Positions 36,201 through 58,951 of a DNA stretch of 64,000 bases are shown piece after piece. The number at the start of each line of letters is the position of its first letter. Positions within the stretch are counted from its first letter, which is position 1. Location: the NCBI GenBank assembly GCA_964270895.1, contig OZ185440.1; one strand, given 5' to 3'. Under the pieces are notes generated by a model. That model was not told where the DNA came from and made no database searches. It saw only the letters and a list, made by a program, of their open reading frames with translations. This stretch comes from Podarcis filfolensis (taxonomy: Eukaryota). The position numbers and the translations under genes are program-made.

Positions 36201-39200
36201 AGGATTCACCACACCTTGGTACAGGTGAATAATAATGGCTGTATATTCATGGTAAACTCTGTGGGGACAGGTCTGAAAAACAAGTTGCAGGTTCTGAAAG
36301 GAAAGGCTGAGCCACCTGTTGTGTACAGGTTCACAAATATGAGTTTGGAAATAAATATGGTCATCAGTAAGAAAGCTTACACTGTACTCCACCATGGGCA
36401 GACTGCCTCATTCAAAATCATGCCAGGTCTCCTTAACACAGAATTAAATTTCACATACCCGGAGCCCCCTGGTATAAGGCAGTGATATGACATGTTTCTG
36501 TAAAAAAAATTGGGCAGCAATGGATTTATGAAAGGAATGCACATACTTCCTTTATGTGGAACAGAAATTAAGAACCCTGAGCCTCGCTGCTAGCAAAAAT
36601 GTTTGAACCCCAGTAGGGTATCAAAATATAGGCTACAAATTTAGTAGGGATAGGTGGTAGGGAATCAGCCTAATTATAGCAATACTAATTCACTAGAGAG
36701 AATGTTTCTACTTTGCTGAACTTTTCTGGAGCTAATAATTCTGCTTAAAACTCCACCTAGTTACCTTCCACACAGTGCATCTTAGTTAACTGGTTACTAG
36801 GCTCAGGAGGCATTTAGCCACTTTGCTGTAGACTCTGCTGAATAAGACAGATTACTTGTGAAAAATACCAGATAAACCAGTGTTGAAATACAGATTGGTT
36901 CCTTCTTACAGCATGGGACCCATCTTACTGAAAGGCAACGGCCTATCCTTTGCTGAGTGGAACACCCAGTGTCGTCTTTTTTTAGTTGTAGGCCATTCTC
37001 AGTCCTGTGACTGAAGGGTGGCTTACAGAGTGACGAACAACAAAATAAAGGATGTGATACCTTGAAGCCATCAAGCCACACAGGCCATTGCTGGTAGCTG
37101 TTTTTGTCAAGTTCCTCAACAAAGATGGGGTAATCATACTTCAGCCATTGCACCCCAAAGTAACATGCCCCAGGTGGATTGAAGCAGAATTGGGCGATTG
37201 TCAAGCCAGACCATGGTAAGTTCATGCCTCTGTCCAATGCAAACTGGAATACCACAGAGATTAGATGTCAGTCTGGATAAGAGCACTGTACACACACACA
37301 CACACGCAGCCAAGGCTTAGTTTGCTCACAAACATTAAATACTAAATTTGTTTCTCAACTATACCATTTCAAATTACTCTGACATGCCAGTTTTCTGTGA
37401 GCAGGGAATTTTTGTCCTTAGCAATATGAAGTAATACAGCTGAGAAAGTCAACTTGTTTAGAAAATTAAGAATACTAGTGGTTGTCTTCAGAAGTTGATA
37501 AATGCCTGTTAATCAACATGTAGCTAAAGGCACAGCAACAGAGACCAGGTTAAAGGTTGATAACTATTTTCAAGTGCAGAAATTACTCAAGACTGGTTAT
37601 AAGCAGCCAGCATTTCTATCGATGTGACTACTGAGTTAAACACAGCTTACTTCCATCTCTATAGTATTCTATCCCAGCCATATATAAAATTTTGTGCTAA
37701 ACGGCATTTCTGTGAGTGTGATAGCTATTCACCTTGATGCCGTAGGTGGGAATGTATCTGGAGACATAGGTGAGGCTGAAAGGCTGTGGACTGCTGCCTG
37801 GCACCCGGGTTAGTTTCTGATGGATCCAGGTGACAATCTCCTCATCTGTGCTTAAACTCTTAGGACCTTCAAGCTGGTGAACTATTTCCCGCACTGAAAC
37901 AACAGACCTGTGTGAAACAAAAAGCTGTTTTTGCTGTAGCCCACAGTTACGGAATTCTATCATTTCCTACCAAAGTGTGTTGATGCATGGGGCGAGATGC
38001 TTGGCTCACCCTTCTGTTAATCTGATTTGAATGTAAGATGGACTGTTAACGTTTTGTAAGGTTTCTTCTGCCCTTTGATTAAAAATTTCCAATCAATAGG
38101 CTCATCAAATACATAGTCCACCATAGAACACACTATAATGACTCAGCTTTTATATATGTGACTACAGTGACACCAAAAATTCTTAAAAGTAATAGCTGGC
38201 AATCCTCTTAAGGGAGACTTTTCCACAATTGCTATGATTCCACCTTTTTTACTTCCATCCATCCTACAGCCACTGAGGAGACAGAAACTCAGTTTACCTG
38301 TTGGTCATGGCTTCATAGAAGCAACTTTCTCCTGCAGTAGGCTTGGCTGAGTCTGAATAATAGACACCATCAGAATAGTCAGGCCTGGACTGAAAGAGGC
38401 CCACTTTGGCCCAGTTTGTCTGAGGGACCATGCTTCTTTGTAAAGTTTTATGGCTGGAATTTACAGGCGCCTTGATAAGCCTCACTAGCAGGGTTGCACA
38501 GGGCACATACCTACAGGGAAAGTGAGAAGACAGATATTAGGAAGGTTGTATGATAAGATGGGGAAGGAATTGGAAATGATGTAAGTGAGAGGGGCTCACC
38601 GTCCTATTGATGTCAGAGAGCTGGTAGAGAAGGGTTGATCTGGGCAGGGACTGTTGTGAAAAATACGGAGCTGATGAGCACCATCATTGAGGGAGACCTG
38701 AGGAAAACAGTAATCAACATCTATCCACAGACCCTTTTTCCTCCTCCTTGGGAAACAGGTAATGGGAAATATATTGTGTTTCCCTCCTACCATTTGCATC
38801 TGAACTGTGGAGAAACAGCAAGATTTTTGGGTAGGGCTCCAGGTCACACAGCAGTTATGGTGGGGTGGGATTTTTGGCATGGCACTAGAAAGCATGAGCA
38901 TTAATAGTAAAAACCTATCCTGTGAGATCTAGTGGGAATGTGAAACATTCTTGTAGCACTTTGGTTGACAGCAAAAGAATGAGAGTTCCTGAAATACCCA
39001 TGAAGAAAGAAGGCATTTTCCTACTGGAGCCTATCAGCATTATAAACCATGTCCTAACTTCATTTTCAGAACTGAGGCTGCTTCCCCTGAACTCCCCTTC
39101 AGTTAATTCACCTGCATCCCCTTGGCCTCTGGTTCAGGGGCTGTGTGTGTTCCACATTGCACAAAAACATTGAGAGCTGCCCAACCGATTTGGATGAGCT

Positions 39201-42200
39201 CAGAGGTTAAGCGATTGATGGAATAAACCTGTAAAATACCAAGAGACATTAGTTCACCCCCCCTGGCAGCTAGACCCGTAGTTCTGTTTTGTGTTGGAGG
39301 TCAGGAAGATGTTGCCATAATGTCCTCCATGAAAAATATATTAATAGCCCTGCAGAATCAGACCAAAGGCCCACCTAGTCCAGCATGCTGTTCTCATAGT
39401 GGCCAACTAGATGCCTATAGGAAGCCTGCAAGCATTCTGCTGTCTTTTGAAGATACGCCTCAGCCTGCTTACACAGGCATTCTCTTAATCTCTTGACCTG
39501 AGTCTCCAGTTTTAACTACTACTTTGTTTTAGTATACACCTGTTTTGTTGCATTTTAATTATGGGTGTTTATATTTTAATGTTTGTGCAACTCTTATATT
39601 TTGTGGGTTGCTTAGAAGCCTATTTTGGCATTAAACAGTAAATAAATAGCAGGACCTAACCCCAACAATACTCTTCCCACTTGTGTTCCCCAGCAACTGG
39701 TATTCGGAGGTATAATGCCTCTGCCACTGGAGCCATTAATAGCACCTAGTTCTAATATAATGAGAGGAGGAGAAAAATGTCTCTCTATCCAGTTTATCCT
39801 CAGCATGCATAATTTTATACAGCTCCGTCATTTGCCTCCTTACTCTTTTTTTCTAAACTAAAAAGCCCCAAATGATGTAACTTTTCCACACAGGGGAGTT
39901 GTTCCAGCTCCATTCCAGGAAAGGAAAGATCCTTAACTTCCTAACTCTTGACCCCCAACAGGACATGCTTCATTCATTGGCAGCATTCTTTGCTCGCCCT
40001 TTACCCATACCGACACAAACCTTTAATAGAAGAGTTGCACAAGGCGCTATCACTGGCTCTCTGATTTCAACTGAGTAGTTGTAAAGTGGATCAAATATGC
40101 TGCTATTCAGGTCAATCCCAGTGCAAATGTCTGGCCCAATTCTGAAAGGAAGAAGCAGAAACAACCTTCAGCTAGATGTTTTCCATAAGAGGGCATTGTT
40201 AAGCTCCTCTGTTGTCGTGGCACCTTGAACTGAAGCAAACCCCTTTGCGTGCTTCAGGACAACCATAGAAACATTAAAATCAGGGGTAGGAGACTGAGGG
40301 TCATTCTGTCTGGAAGGCTTGCACAGACAGAACAATTGTGAGAGTGCCCCATTGAATTCCACCCATAGCACGTATGCAGCCTGGGAGAAGCAGAGGAAAG
40401 ATGGCATTTTAGGGAAGAAAAACCCAGAGAACTGTTCCTCCTTACTGCATGAAACCACTGGTGAAGATGCGAGCAGTGACCCTGGTAACAGTGACACCAT
40501 CAGGCAGGAAGCGGGCTCCATCAATGTATAGATCAAAGCCATCTCCAGCTCTGAAAGGCTCTACAGGAGGGGTCTCCCTGAAATGATGAATAAAAGCTTC
40601 CTGTGGGGGGAAAAGTTGTGATGATACTAAATGGTCATTTTACTGCACTTTCACTCAGTTTAAAGGTCCTTTTGTTTTAACAATCCCGAACAGTTTATTA
40701 TCATGAGAAAACATAAATGCAATTCATTGTAAACAAATGTAGAGAAATGCATGCTGGTGCAAAAATCTTAATGCCGCATATACTCTCAATGGGGTCTGAA
40801 GTAGCAGTGATTGACCAGGAACAAAACCTGGGGGCCATAGTAGTTAGCTCAGTTAAGATGTTGATCCAGTGTACAGGAACTGTGAGAAAGGCAAATTCCA
40901 TGCTAGGGATCACTAGGAAAAGAACTGAGAATAAAACTGTTGATACCATAATGCTTTTATACAAATCTATGGTGTGACTGCATTTGGAATTCTGTGTACT
41001 GTTCTGGTCACCTCACCTCAAAAAGGATATTGTCGTGTTGGAAAAGGTTCACAAAAAGGCAACCAAAATGATCAAGAAAATGGAGCAACTCCCCTGTGAA
41101 GGAAGCTTGCAGATTTGGGACTTTTTAGTTTAAAGAAAATGTGCATGAGATGTGACATATGTTTATAACATTAAGCATGGCATAGAGTATATAGAGAAAA
41201 GTTGTTCTTCCTCTCTCATAACACCAGAACTCCTGAAGACCCAATGAAGCTGAATTTTGGAAGATTCAGGACAGATAAAAGAACTGTAAATTGCAGTGCC
41301 CAGAATTCTTTGAAGGAAAGGAGGTTCTTCAGATACACTTTAAAGGTATAATACGTATGCAGCCAGATTGTGTACTGAGTGGAGGTGGAAGGTCTGTCCC
41401 AATTATCCCAAGCCCTGTAGGGACTGTAAAACCGTCCTTGCCCAGCACTCACATGAGGCCAGGTTTTTGCTGGGTCAAGTGGAGGTGGTGACTCTGGTGG
41501 GAAAGGCTGCTCAGGTTTCTGGGTGCTGAAGACGTGCAGTCTTAAAGTAGCATCACCATATATCTTGAAGTCCTGATGATTCTCTTCCATTGACTAGGAG
41601 CAAAGCATTATGTGCAGATGGGAATGAAACAAGAGGAAAGCATAATAAGGCACAGCTTAAAACATGGGGCTTTATCCAGTGCTCTGTGCACATAGCTTCA
41701 CTGGCACAACAGAAATTCCATTTCTTCTGCCCCCATGTGCTTCTACTGCATGCATAGCAGTGTTTTATTCCAGTGGAGCTGCAGCACTGGATATGGTCCA
41801 AGGAATCAACACACAACAGAATGGAGGCTTAACCAATGATTCAGTCCTCTTAAGTATTACATACTGTTGCTTCCATATAAAATATTGCTCTATGAAGATT
41901 ACAGTTGTAAGTCTTTACTAGAGTAAGCCAGTAAGGAGTGTTGCATCAATAAGAGCAGCAAGACTGAACGAGTCATTAGATGTTTAACATCTCTTCAGCC
42001 TTTTGCTGGTATTAATATTGGCGTACTTTACCTACCTGGTTAACCTTGGTTTGCTTTACAGGAGTGGACTTACCATCACTGACAGAGCTACAACAGGTGG
42101 CACAGGGCCATGATACAGAGTCAGTGTATGAGTCCCTGTGTTCCAGACAGGCATCCCAGGTTCCCCTTTCCTCATTGCACCTGTGAAAGCAGAATGCAGA

Positions 42201-43692
42201 AAACTTAATTCCTAGACTAGTAATAGGAAAACCTTAATTCCTGTGGGGAATCATAGCACCAGGCAACCAGAAATGCCTGCAGCATACCTGTAACCATCAC
42301 TTTATGGGATTCATACATCTTGGTCAGTCTGAGCACAGCCCAGGCAGCCAGCCATTCATCACTCCCTAGTAGTGGCTGGTGTTGAGGCTTGAATCCTTTG
42401 TCCCAGGGGGTGGGTGCCACCCTCCCACTGGGCCAGTGGTAAAAGCGAGCAATAAGGATCATGTCCTGCTGTGGCTCAACATCCCAGGTTTCCTGAAGGA
42501 AACAAAAAGAAGCAGTTCAGGTGAGCCAAGAGTAGTACTATAATTTCCAGCACCTTCTACCCTTCAATTCCCTCTGCCATACACCATACTCAAAAACCAC
42601 CTAACTGTTTTCATGGATTAGGAATGAGCATGTTTTTCTCTGAGCTCAGAACTGCTTTTACACCATTGGCAAGAAAACCCAAAGCCCATATTTTGCAAAC
42701 AAGCAACATGAGTGCTTCTTATAGTTAAGCATGGGCATCCACAAGAATTATCCCCAGGATTGGGGAAAGTAAATACTCTAAACCAATGTAAATACTTATC
42801 TAGCATCAGAGAACTGGTCTACCATTTCTGGTAACAGGTGACTGAGTTGTGGTGAGGTCTGAGCAAACTTGGCCTCTGAGAAACAAATACAGTGGTACCT
42901 CGGGTTAAGAATTTAATTAATTCTGGAGGTCCGTTCTTAACCTGAAACTGTTCTTAACCTGAAGCACCACTTTAGCTAATGGGTCCTCCTGCTGCACCGC
43001 TACCACACGATTTCTGTTCTCATCCTGAAGCAAAGTTCTTAACCCGAGGTGCTATTTCTGGGTTAGCGGAGTCTGTAACCTGAAGCGTCTGTAACCCAAG
43101 ATGCCACTGTACAGTATTCTAGCGCTTGCAGCAATGGTAGTGCTAAGTAACCATCCAATCAGTGCAAGGATAATAACCTGTCTGAGGACACTCTGTGAAC
43201 TTCCCAGCTGGACTGGGATGTAAACCTAAGTCCATCTCCAAGCCTAACACTCTCCTGCCAAAGCACCATTCTATACCTCCTGTTCTCCAAACACGAAGTA
43301 GCCATGTTTAATATTGGATCTCATGGAATCGGTGCAGTAATTCAGTCCCGAGTCCTTGGTGGCAATCACCTGAAATCAAGTTTGAGAAAAATGTAACACA
43401 TGGTCCAACTTCCTTTTTAAGCTTTCTTGGTGTTTCTTCCTAAAATAATAAAGAACTCCAGGATGGTTCTGCTAGAATGCTGAACCAGGGTGCTAGCTGA
43501 ACACCAACTATGACACTGGGGCTATTGACAGAGCCACACATGTTCCATACCTGACCAGTTTTCTGATGGTAACCAGTTAGCCGGACAGCCCCATCTCCCG
43601 GTGGGGCGCCTTTTACTCTATCAAGGATGAACCCTAATTGTCTTCTTTCATTCTGCTGGGATTGTGGCCACTCGAGCACTGCTTCAAATTTC
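33237..43692 (-). CDS. Uncharacterized multi-exon protein-coding region (~760 aa, 17 exons, three C2-like modules); separate gene or C-terminal extension of CCDC17
   Basis: Minus-strand exons in transcript order: 43692-43551, 43369-43277, 42492-42288, 42180-42074, 41593-41453, 40600-40446, 40141-40021, 39228-39112, 38697-38600, 38510-38298, 37907-37733, 37243-37061, 36272-36021, 35327-35259, 34375-34298, 34003-33899, 33266-33237 = 2284 nt. All introns are GT-AG, all phases match, and there is no internal stop. The terminal exon is tentative and the start codon was not identified. Confidence 0.88.
33318..33670. repeat. Long inverted repeat (arms 33318-33469 and 33496-33670, 26-bp spacer)
   Basis: The arms are near-identical reverse complements (e.g. 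ATAAGCGGCACACAAAGCAC..CAAACCATTCTACGTTCTAAATCTTATATTAATAATCCAAAAATTGAGA), with an extra ~23 bp in the right arm. Confidence 0.92.
34627..34867. mobile_element. Degenerate hAT-like MITE
   Basis: Terminal inverted CAGTGGTTCT / AGAACCACTG; no TSD recognised. Confidence 0.45.
40710..41285 (+). mobile_element. CR1 LINE 3' fragment (decayed RT C-terminus)
   Basis: Translates to QFIVNKCREMH...KANSMLGITRKRTENKT...LYKSM..LHLEFCVLFWSPHLKKDIVVLEKVHKKATKMI, the CR1 ORF2 signature. Confidence 0.85.
42890..43109. mobile_element. Tc1/mariner (Tigger-like) MITE
   Basis: TIRs CAGTGGTACCTCGGGTTA / TAACCCAAGATGCCACTG flanked by TA on both sides. Confidence 0.85.
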
Positions 43693-46610
43693 CTGAAATA
43701 ATCAGAGGCTTATTAACCCACTGCTCTTCAGCTGTTGCCCCTGTCCTTCAACAGCAAGCAGCACCTTTCCCCTTCTTGAACAGCAAAATGGCAGTTCCCC
43801 ACCAAATCAGAACCTTGCTAGATTAAGCAATAAAGCTGGGTTACAAGAAAAGTAGAGAGCAATTGATCCACTGTATATTGATATACTGTATATCTGGCTA
43901 TTAAAGTCAAGTAGAGCAATTGTCTCATTGCCAATTTCTATTGTGACAGCAGAATGTGGAGAGAAATATACCCCTGCAAAGGAAAATCCAAACTATACTT
44001 CGTATTTACCTAGGAAGGTATGGAGAAGCCTTTGGTTCTGTTTCTGGGTGCTCCCAGTGCCACAGCCAGGAAGGTAACAGGGAGAGATGGGGGGAAATGA
44101 AAAAAGAGGGGAAGGTTGATGCATGTGAGCATACTGCAGCACAAAGGCAAGAAAGGGGTTTCTTGAAGAACCATATATACTGCCCAGTTGGGTGTTAGGG
44201 GAGCAGAGAAGGAATGTTAAAGGTAGTTGATTATATAAGGGTAAGAGTAAGTAAAATGTGACAAATCAGAAAGGACATAGGAAGGAAAAAATACTTTTGC
44301 TGAGTTTAATTTATATGCATGAAGGTTCCCCTTGGGAGGATCTGGTGAATCATGTGTATTTCATTAGCAAGCTACAGGACAACTCTGCAACATGCAAAAC
44401 TAAAATAGGCTCATACCAAATAATAAGTCGACCACCACAAGCTGGAGACTGGCATGAGGTAGTCTAAAAGGATGACAGAAAGCTGAATGGAATCTTTCTA
44501 CCTGATATCTTTGGTCAGGTACTCCATCCCTACTCCTTTTCTATATATGGAGTGAGCAATGGTGTTGCACCTCCCTTTTTCAGTAGGACATTCTCGACAA
44601 AATTGCCATTGAAAATATTAGGCACTGAAAGTAATCACCACAATATTGGGAATAAAACTGAATGAGGCCCAATACAAGTAAGATTCTCAACTATAGTAGA
44701 AGCCATGTTGATGTGGAACAAAATAGGGCAATAGGTTTATGGCTACTGAATGAAGAAAAAGACACAAAAGAAAAGCACGGAGTCTAAAAGGAAGTCAGCT
44801 TGGGGGCTGCTTCTCTTGTTATACTGTATATGTGAAGTTGCTTCAGAATCATTTCCCTCTTTGTTTTATCACTCTCTGATCTAGGAGACATTTGGGGCAT
44901 GAATATGAAAGTAGCTCGTGTGCAATTATTTGTTTTCCATATTATGTACTAATTTTTGTTGGCATTCATTTGTCTCGGGAGACAGTGGAGGAATGCACCT
45001 TTGGAGGTGAAGTCAAACTGTTGGAAGGTTGCAACTCCTCTTGTGGCTGTAGAGATGTGGGAGAGACATATTTTGTTAAGTTGCTAAAATAACTAGGCAC
45101 AGTACAATGGTTTTAAAAAAAGAAGGCGTCCTATAGATTCGCACCAGTTTTAGAGCCCACAAACACAGGGATGCACTTATTGATGAGCACATACGGAAGG
45201 AAACATCAAAGAGAGCAAGCAGCTTCTAAAGAAACAAAAATAGAAGATGTTACTTCTTGGTAGCCTACATTTATTGGTATTGGTCTTAGCCAATTCTAAA
45301 ACTTAGACTTTACTAAGCCAGGATGGCCTCTTACATACATCCCTGCTGGTACCATGATAGCCAGCATTTCCTACCTAAAGGAAATAGGCAAATGCTGACA
45401 TTTCTTTTTCAAAGAGATTCTAGATGAGTGGGAAAGAATTAACCTCTGGGGTACTGACCAGAACAGTTTCTAGGAGGTAGGGACAGAACCACTTTAAAAT
45501 GCTAATTTAGCAGATGTTACCAAGATGCTTAGAATTTTCAGAGGTGAATGACTCTTGCAGTCGCAGAGAGAACCTTCTTGTTGTTGTTGGCATCCCTTGA
45601 CATCACTAAAATATAATACACTAAAATATTATCCAGTGGTGATCCCTTAAAGATTAAAGAGGGAAGACTTGCAGAACTGATCACTTCAAAAGGGTGCATG
45701 GGGCACTAATTCTAAAGGAAGAGGGTGAATGTTTCAGCAATATTTTTTGTGGTTTTTTTTGTTTTTTTTTTGCATTTCACAAGCACTTCAAGTACATGAC
45801 TTCCAATATAAAGTAATCACACTGAAATTGACTCAGAGAAAGAATTAGAAACATGATCCTATCAGCCTACTTTAATAGAGGCAGTTTGGTTTTACGGCGG
45901 ATTTTTGTTTTTTGTTTTTTAGGACTAAAAAGGTGCCTGTTATATCCTCTCCAATGCATAAACAAAGCCAAAGGCAGCGTCCTCAGCATTTGCTAATGAG
46001 GCAGCCTCTGAATATAGGATGTTCCAGTTAACAGCTATTGATAGACTAATGTGCCATGCATGTGTGAATGTCTTTAATCTTGTAGTGATTGACATGGACA
46101 GACACGCACAACAAGGAAGACTCTAGATAATCATGGCAGAAGAATTACATTTTTAGGGATCATATGTACAAACAGTTATTCTGAACACATTTTGGTGTTC
46201 TGCTGCCAATGGGAAGGTCAGGAGAAAGCTCTCCTTGTGGTATGGTATAATCTGTGGAAAGAAAATATTAACTGATGTTGTGCTTTAGTTTATATGGTCA
46301 GTTGCAGGCAGAGCAGACTATAACTACCCTCTGCTGTGTAGATGGGTAAGTACATCCAATCCTGCCACCACCAAAACCTCATGCAGATGCACCCTTAAAA
46401 ACAGCCCCCATATCCTTAATTAAAAATACAGAGAAAATCACAGACGTGGGTGGATTAGAGATGCATAATCTTTTAGTTGTTTCATTTATACACAAAACAC
46501 ACAGAAAAGTATACAAAGGAAGACAGTAGGCATTTCTATGCTGACTTATCTTCATTAGAAGGAAAGCCTAGTCCTGAAAGGAGAAAGGGGTGGTCTTCCT
46601 CCTTTCTCAC

Positions 46611-56805
<10,195 letters not shown>

Positions 56806-57542
56806 GAGGAGTGACTGCTGCTGCTGTTCCACAAAGGGTGGTGTTTATTTGGAAGGCACTGGGCACTTGTTCTTCCTTGCAGGAAAGGACTGCAACAGCA
56901 TATGGAGTTTCTATAGTTGCTATGCTGGTAACTGGCAGGTGGTGCTAGCCAGCCAAAATGATGCAGCAAAGTAGCCCAGAGTGATTGGAATAATCACCAT
57001 GGCAGTAGCTACTGTTTATGTTTGCTGTTACCTAAGATCTGTTAAGGAGAGGAGATCTGTGTGTGCACCTGGTCTCTATTTGCTTTTTATATTTCTGACA
57101 GGGCCCTTTCTGTGATAGCACTCTGTAATATCTGGCCTGGATTGTGTGCTACTGCAAGCCTAATCCACAAGCACTTCAATAAAAATGTTTATGTACATAT
57201 AGTCCATTCCTAACCATATGTACAAAGTGGAAAAAAGTTTATGACATGAAAAGGTGTAATAATAAAAAGGCCTAAAGTAAATGCAATACATAATATTAAC
57301 CAAATCAGTAAGAGCTGTTACTGGGAAACTCTAAGTGCAATCTGAGAATCCAAGAAGGAGCTGAGTCTATAATACCTGGTTGGGGTGTCAGCCACCTCCC
57401 TGCATCAGTCACTAGAGGGGAGGGACAGTTAAGGAGAGTGTATCTTCTTAAAGCAATTCCATTCTTCTTCTTCTGTTGTTTATATGCAGGGCAATAAAGG
57501 CTGTCCCTACACTCCGGCATTCGTGCATACATGTGCGCCTTT

Positions 57543-57865
57543 GACTTGGAAAAGGTTCAGAAAGGGGCAACCTAAATGATAAATGGGATGGAGCAACTCA
57601 CCTGGGAAGAAAGGTGGCACAGCATTTGGGACTTCTTAGTTTAAAGAAAAGGTGAGTAAGTGGTGACATAATAAAAGATTATAAAATTATGCATGGTATG
57701 GAGAAAAAGGATAAAGATTTTCTTCCTCTCTCATAATGCTAGAACTCATGGACATCCAATGAAGTTGAATGTTGGAAGATTTGGAACAGATAAAAGTAGT
57801 TTAAATATGCAGCACATATTTAAACTAAGGAACTTGCTCCCACAGGACGCATTGATGGCCACCAG
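57543..57865 (+). mobile_element. CR1 LINE 3' fragment
   Basis: LEKVQKGAT*MINGMEQLTWEER... followed by a CR1-type 3' end. Confidence 0.75.
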
Positions 57866-57938
57866 CACAGGGAAAATGTATTTATGGGGAGTGTGATAAC
57901 CCTAAAAGAAAGTGCAGAAACAGACACCAAGTACTGGT

Positions 57939-58192
57939 ATCATAGAATCATAGAAATTGTAGAATTGGAAAGGACCCCCAAGGGCTATCTAGTCCAACCC
58001 CCTGCAATGCAGGAATCTCAACTAAAGCATCCATGACAGGTGGCCAGCCAGTGCTAAAAACCTCCAGTGAAGGACAGTCCACAACCTTCTCAGGGAGTCT
58101 GTTCCACTGTCAAACACCTCTTACTGTCAAAGTGCTTCTTGATGTTTAGTCAGAATCTGCTTTCATGTAACTTCAATCCATTGGTTCGGGTT
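57939..58192 (-). mobile_element. CR1 LINE 3' end, antisense
   Basis: Starts ATCATAGAATCATAGAAATTGTAGAATTGGAAAGGACCCCC...CTAGTCCAACCCCCTGC, the reverse complement of a typical CR1 tail. Confidence 0.7.
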
Positions 58193-58554
58193 GGCAACTT
58201 TGTTATTGCTGAATTTGAGACTAGAATTTGAAAAGAAAATTTGCTGGCAAATATATTTTTAGTATGAAATCCTCTTTTTGAGAAAGGGCATTTTTTTTCT
58301 TCCTTGGAGATGATAGATTGAAAAGAAACTAATCATTAGTGTGTTGTCATAGCCAAGTGTAGATTTTTATGGGGCCTTGCTACTTCCTGCGTGTTAGTTA
58401 CATTGCTCACTACGTAATTATCCAGTGGTATCATTTTTCCAAGTACTATATGTAGAAAATTGAACCACCATTATGAACAAGACCCAACAAGTCTGTAGCA
58501 GCAAGGGAAGCCACTGACAGATATGGGCATCCAGCCGCTGCTGACGGCTTGGGT

Positions 58555-58790
58555 GAGGGCGGGGCGTAAAGCAGGAAGAGTTTGTGAGCTTATTTTGCAT
58601 TTAGTCACAACCATAATGCAGTGCGCTGAATTAATTCTTTTATCTGTATTTTCTGTTTATTTCTGTTGTGAAATATTACATGTGCTGGTTCTGAAAGCAA
58701 GTAGAAATTCCGGAATATAACTCATTGTTGAAAAGCAAGATTTTAACCCTTGGTTTAAAGGAGTTGCTGTCACCTAAGAAGCAAGCGTGG
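58555..58790 (+). promoter_or_regulatory. snRNA-type Pol II promoter (DSE-like GC box/octamer variant and PSE)
   Basis: PSE-like TCACCTAAGAAGCAAGCG at 58770 (-55); GGGCGGGGCG at ~58557-58566 and octamer variant TTTTGCAT at 58593-58600 (about -230). Confidence 0.7.
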
Positions 58791-58824
58791 TTACTCCAGC
58801 AAATCTACCACGGTGCTTAAGTTT

Positions 58825-58941
58825 ATACTCTGGTTTCTCTTCAGATCGTATAAATCTTTCGCCTTTTACTAAAGATTTCCGTGGAGAGGAACAGTTATGA
58901 GTTTACAACTAATTTTTTGAGGCCCCGCTTCGGTGGGGCTA
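58825..58941 (+). ncRNA. RNU5: U5 spliceosomal snRNA gene
   Basis: ATACTCTGGTTTCTCTTCAGATCGTATAAATCTTTCGCCTTTTACTAAAGATTTCCGTGGAGAGGAA; invariant loop 1 GCCTTTTAC; Sm site AATTTTTTG; 3' hairpin GGCCCCGCTTCGGTGGGGCT; 117 nt. Confidence 0.97.
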
Positions 58942-58951
58942 CTTTTTTGCT

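Noticed and set aside
36159-36485. 108-aa plus-strand ORF (likewise 38635-38904 and 40319-40531)
   Set aside because: Antisense shadows of genuine minus-strand exons.
40168-40542. 124-aa minus-strand ORF as one exon, including an acceptor at 40380 (AAYVLWVEF...)
   Set aside because: Wrong frame relative to exon 40600-40446; the chain closes in phase without it.
56806-56832. N-terminal extension MEQQQQSLL of CCDC17 in the ORF track
   Set aside because: Starts at GTG; the first ATG is at 56805 and homology begins there.
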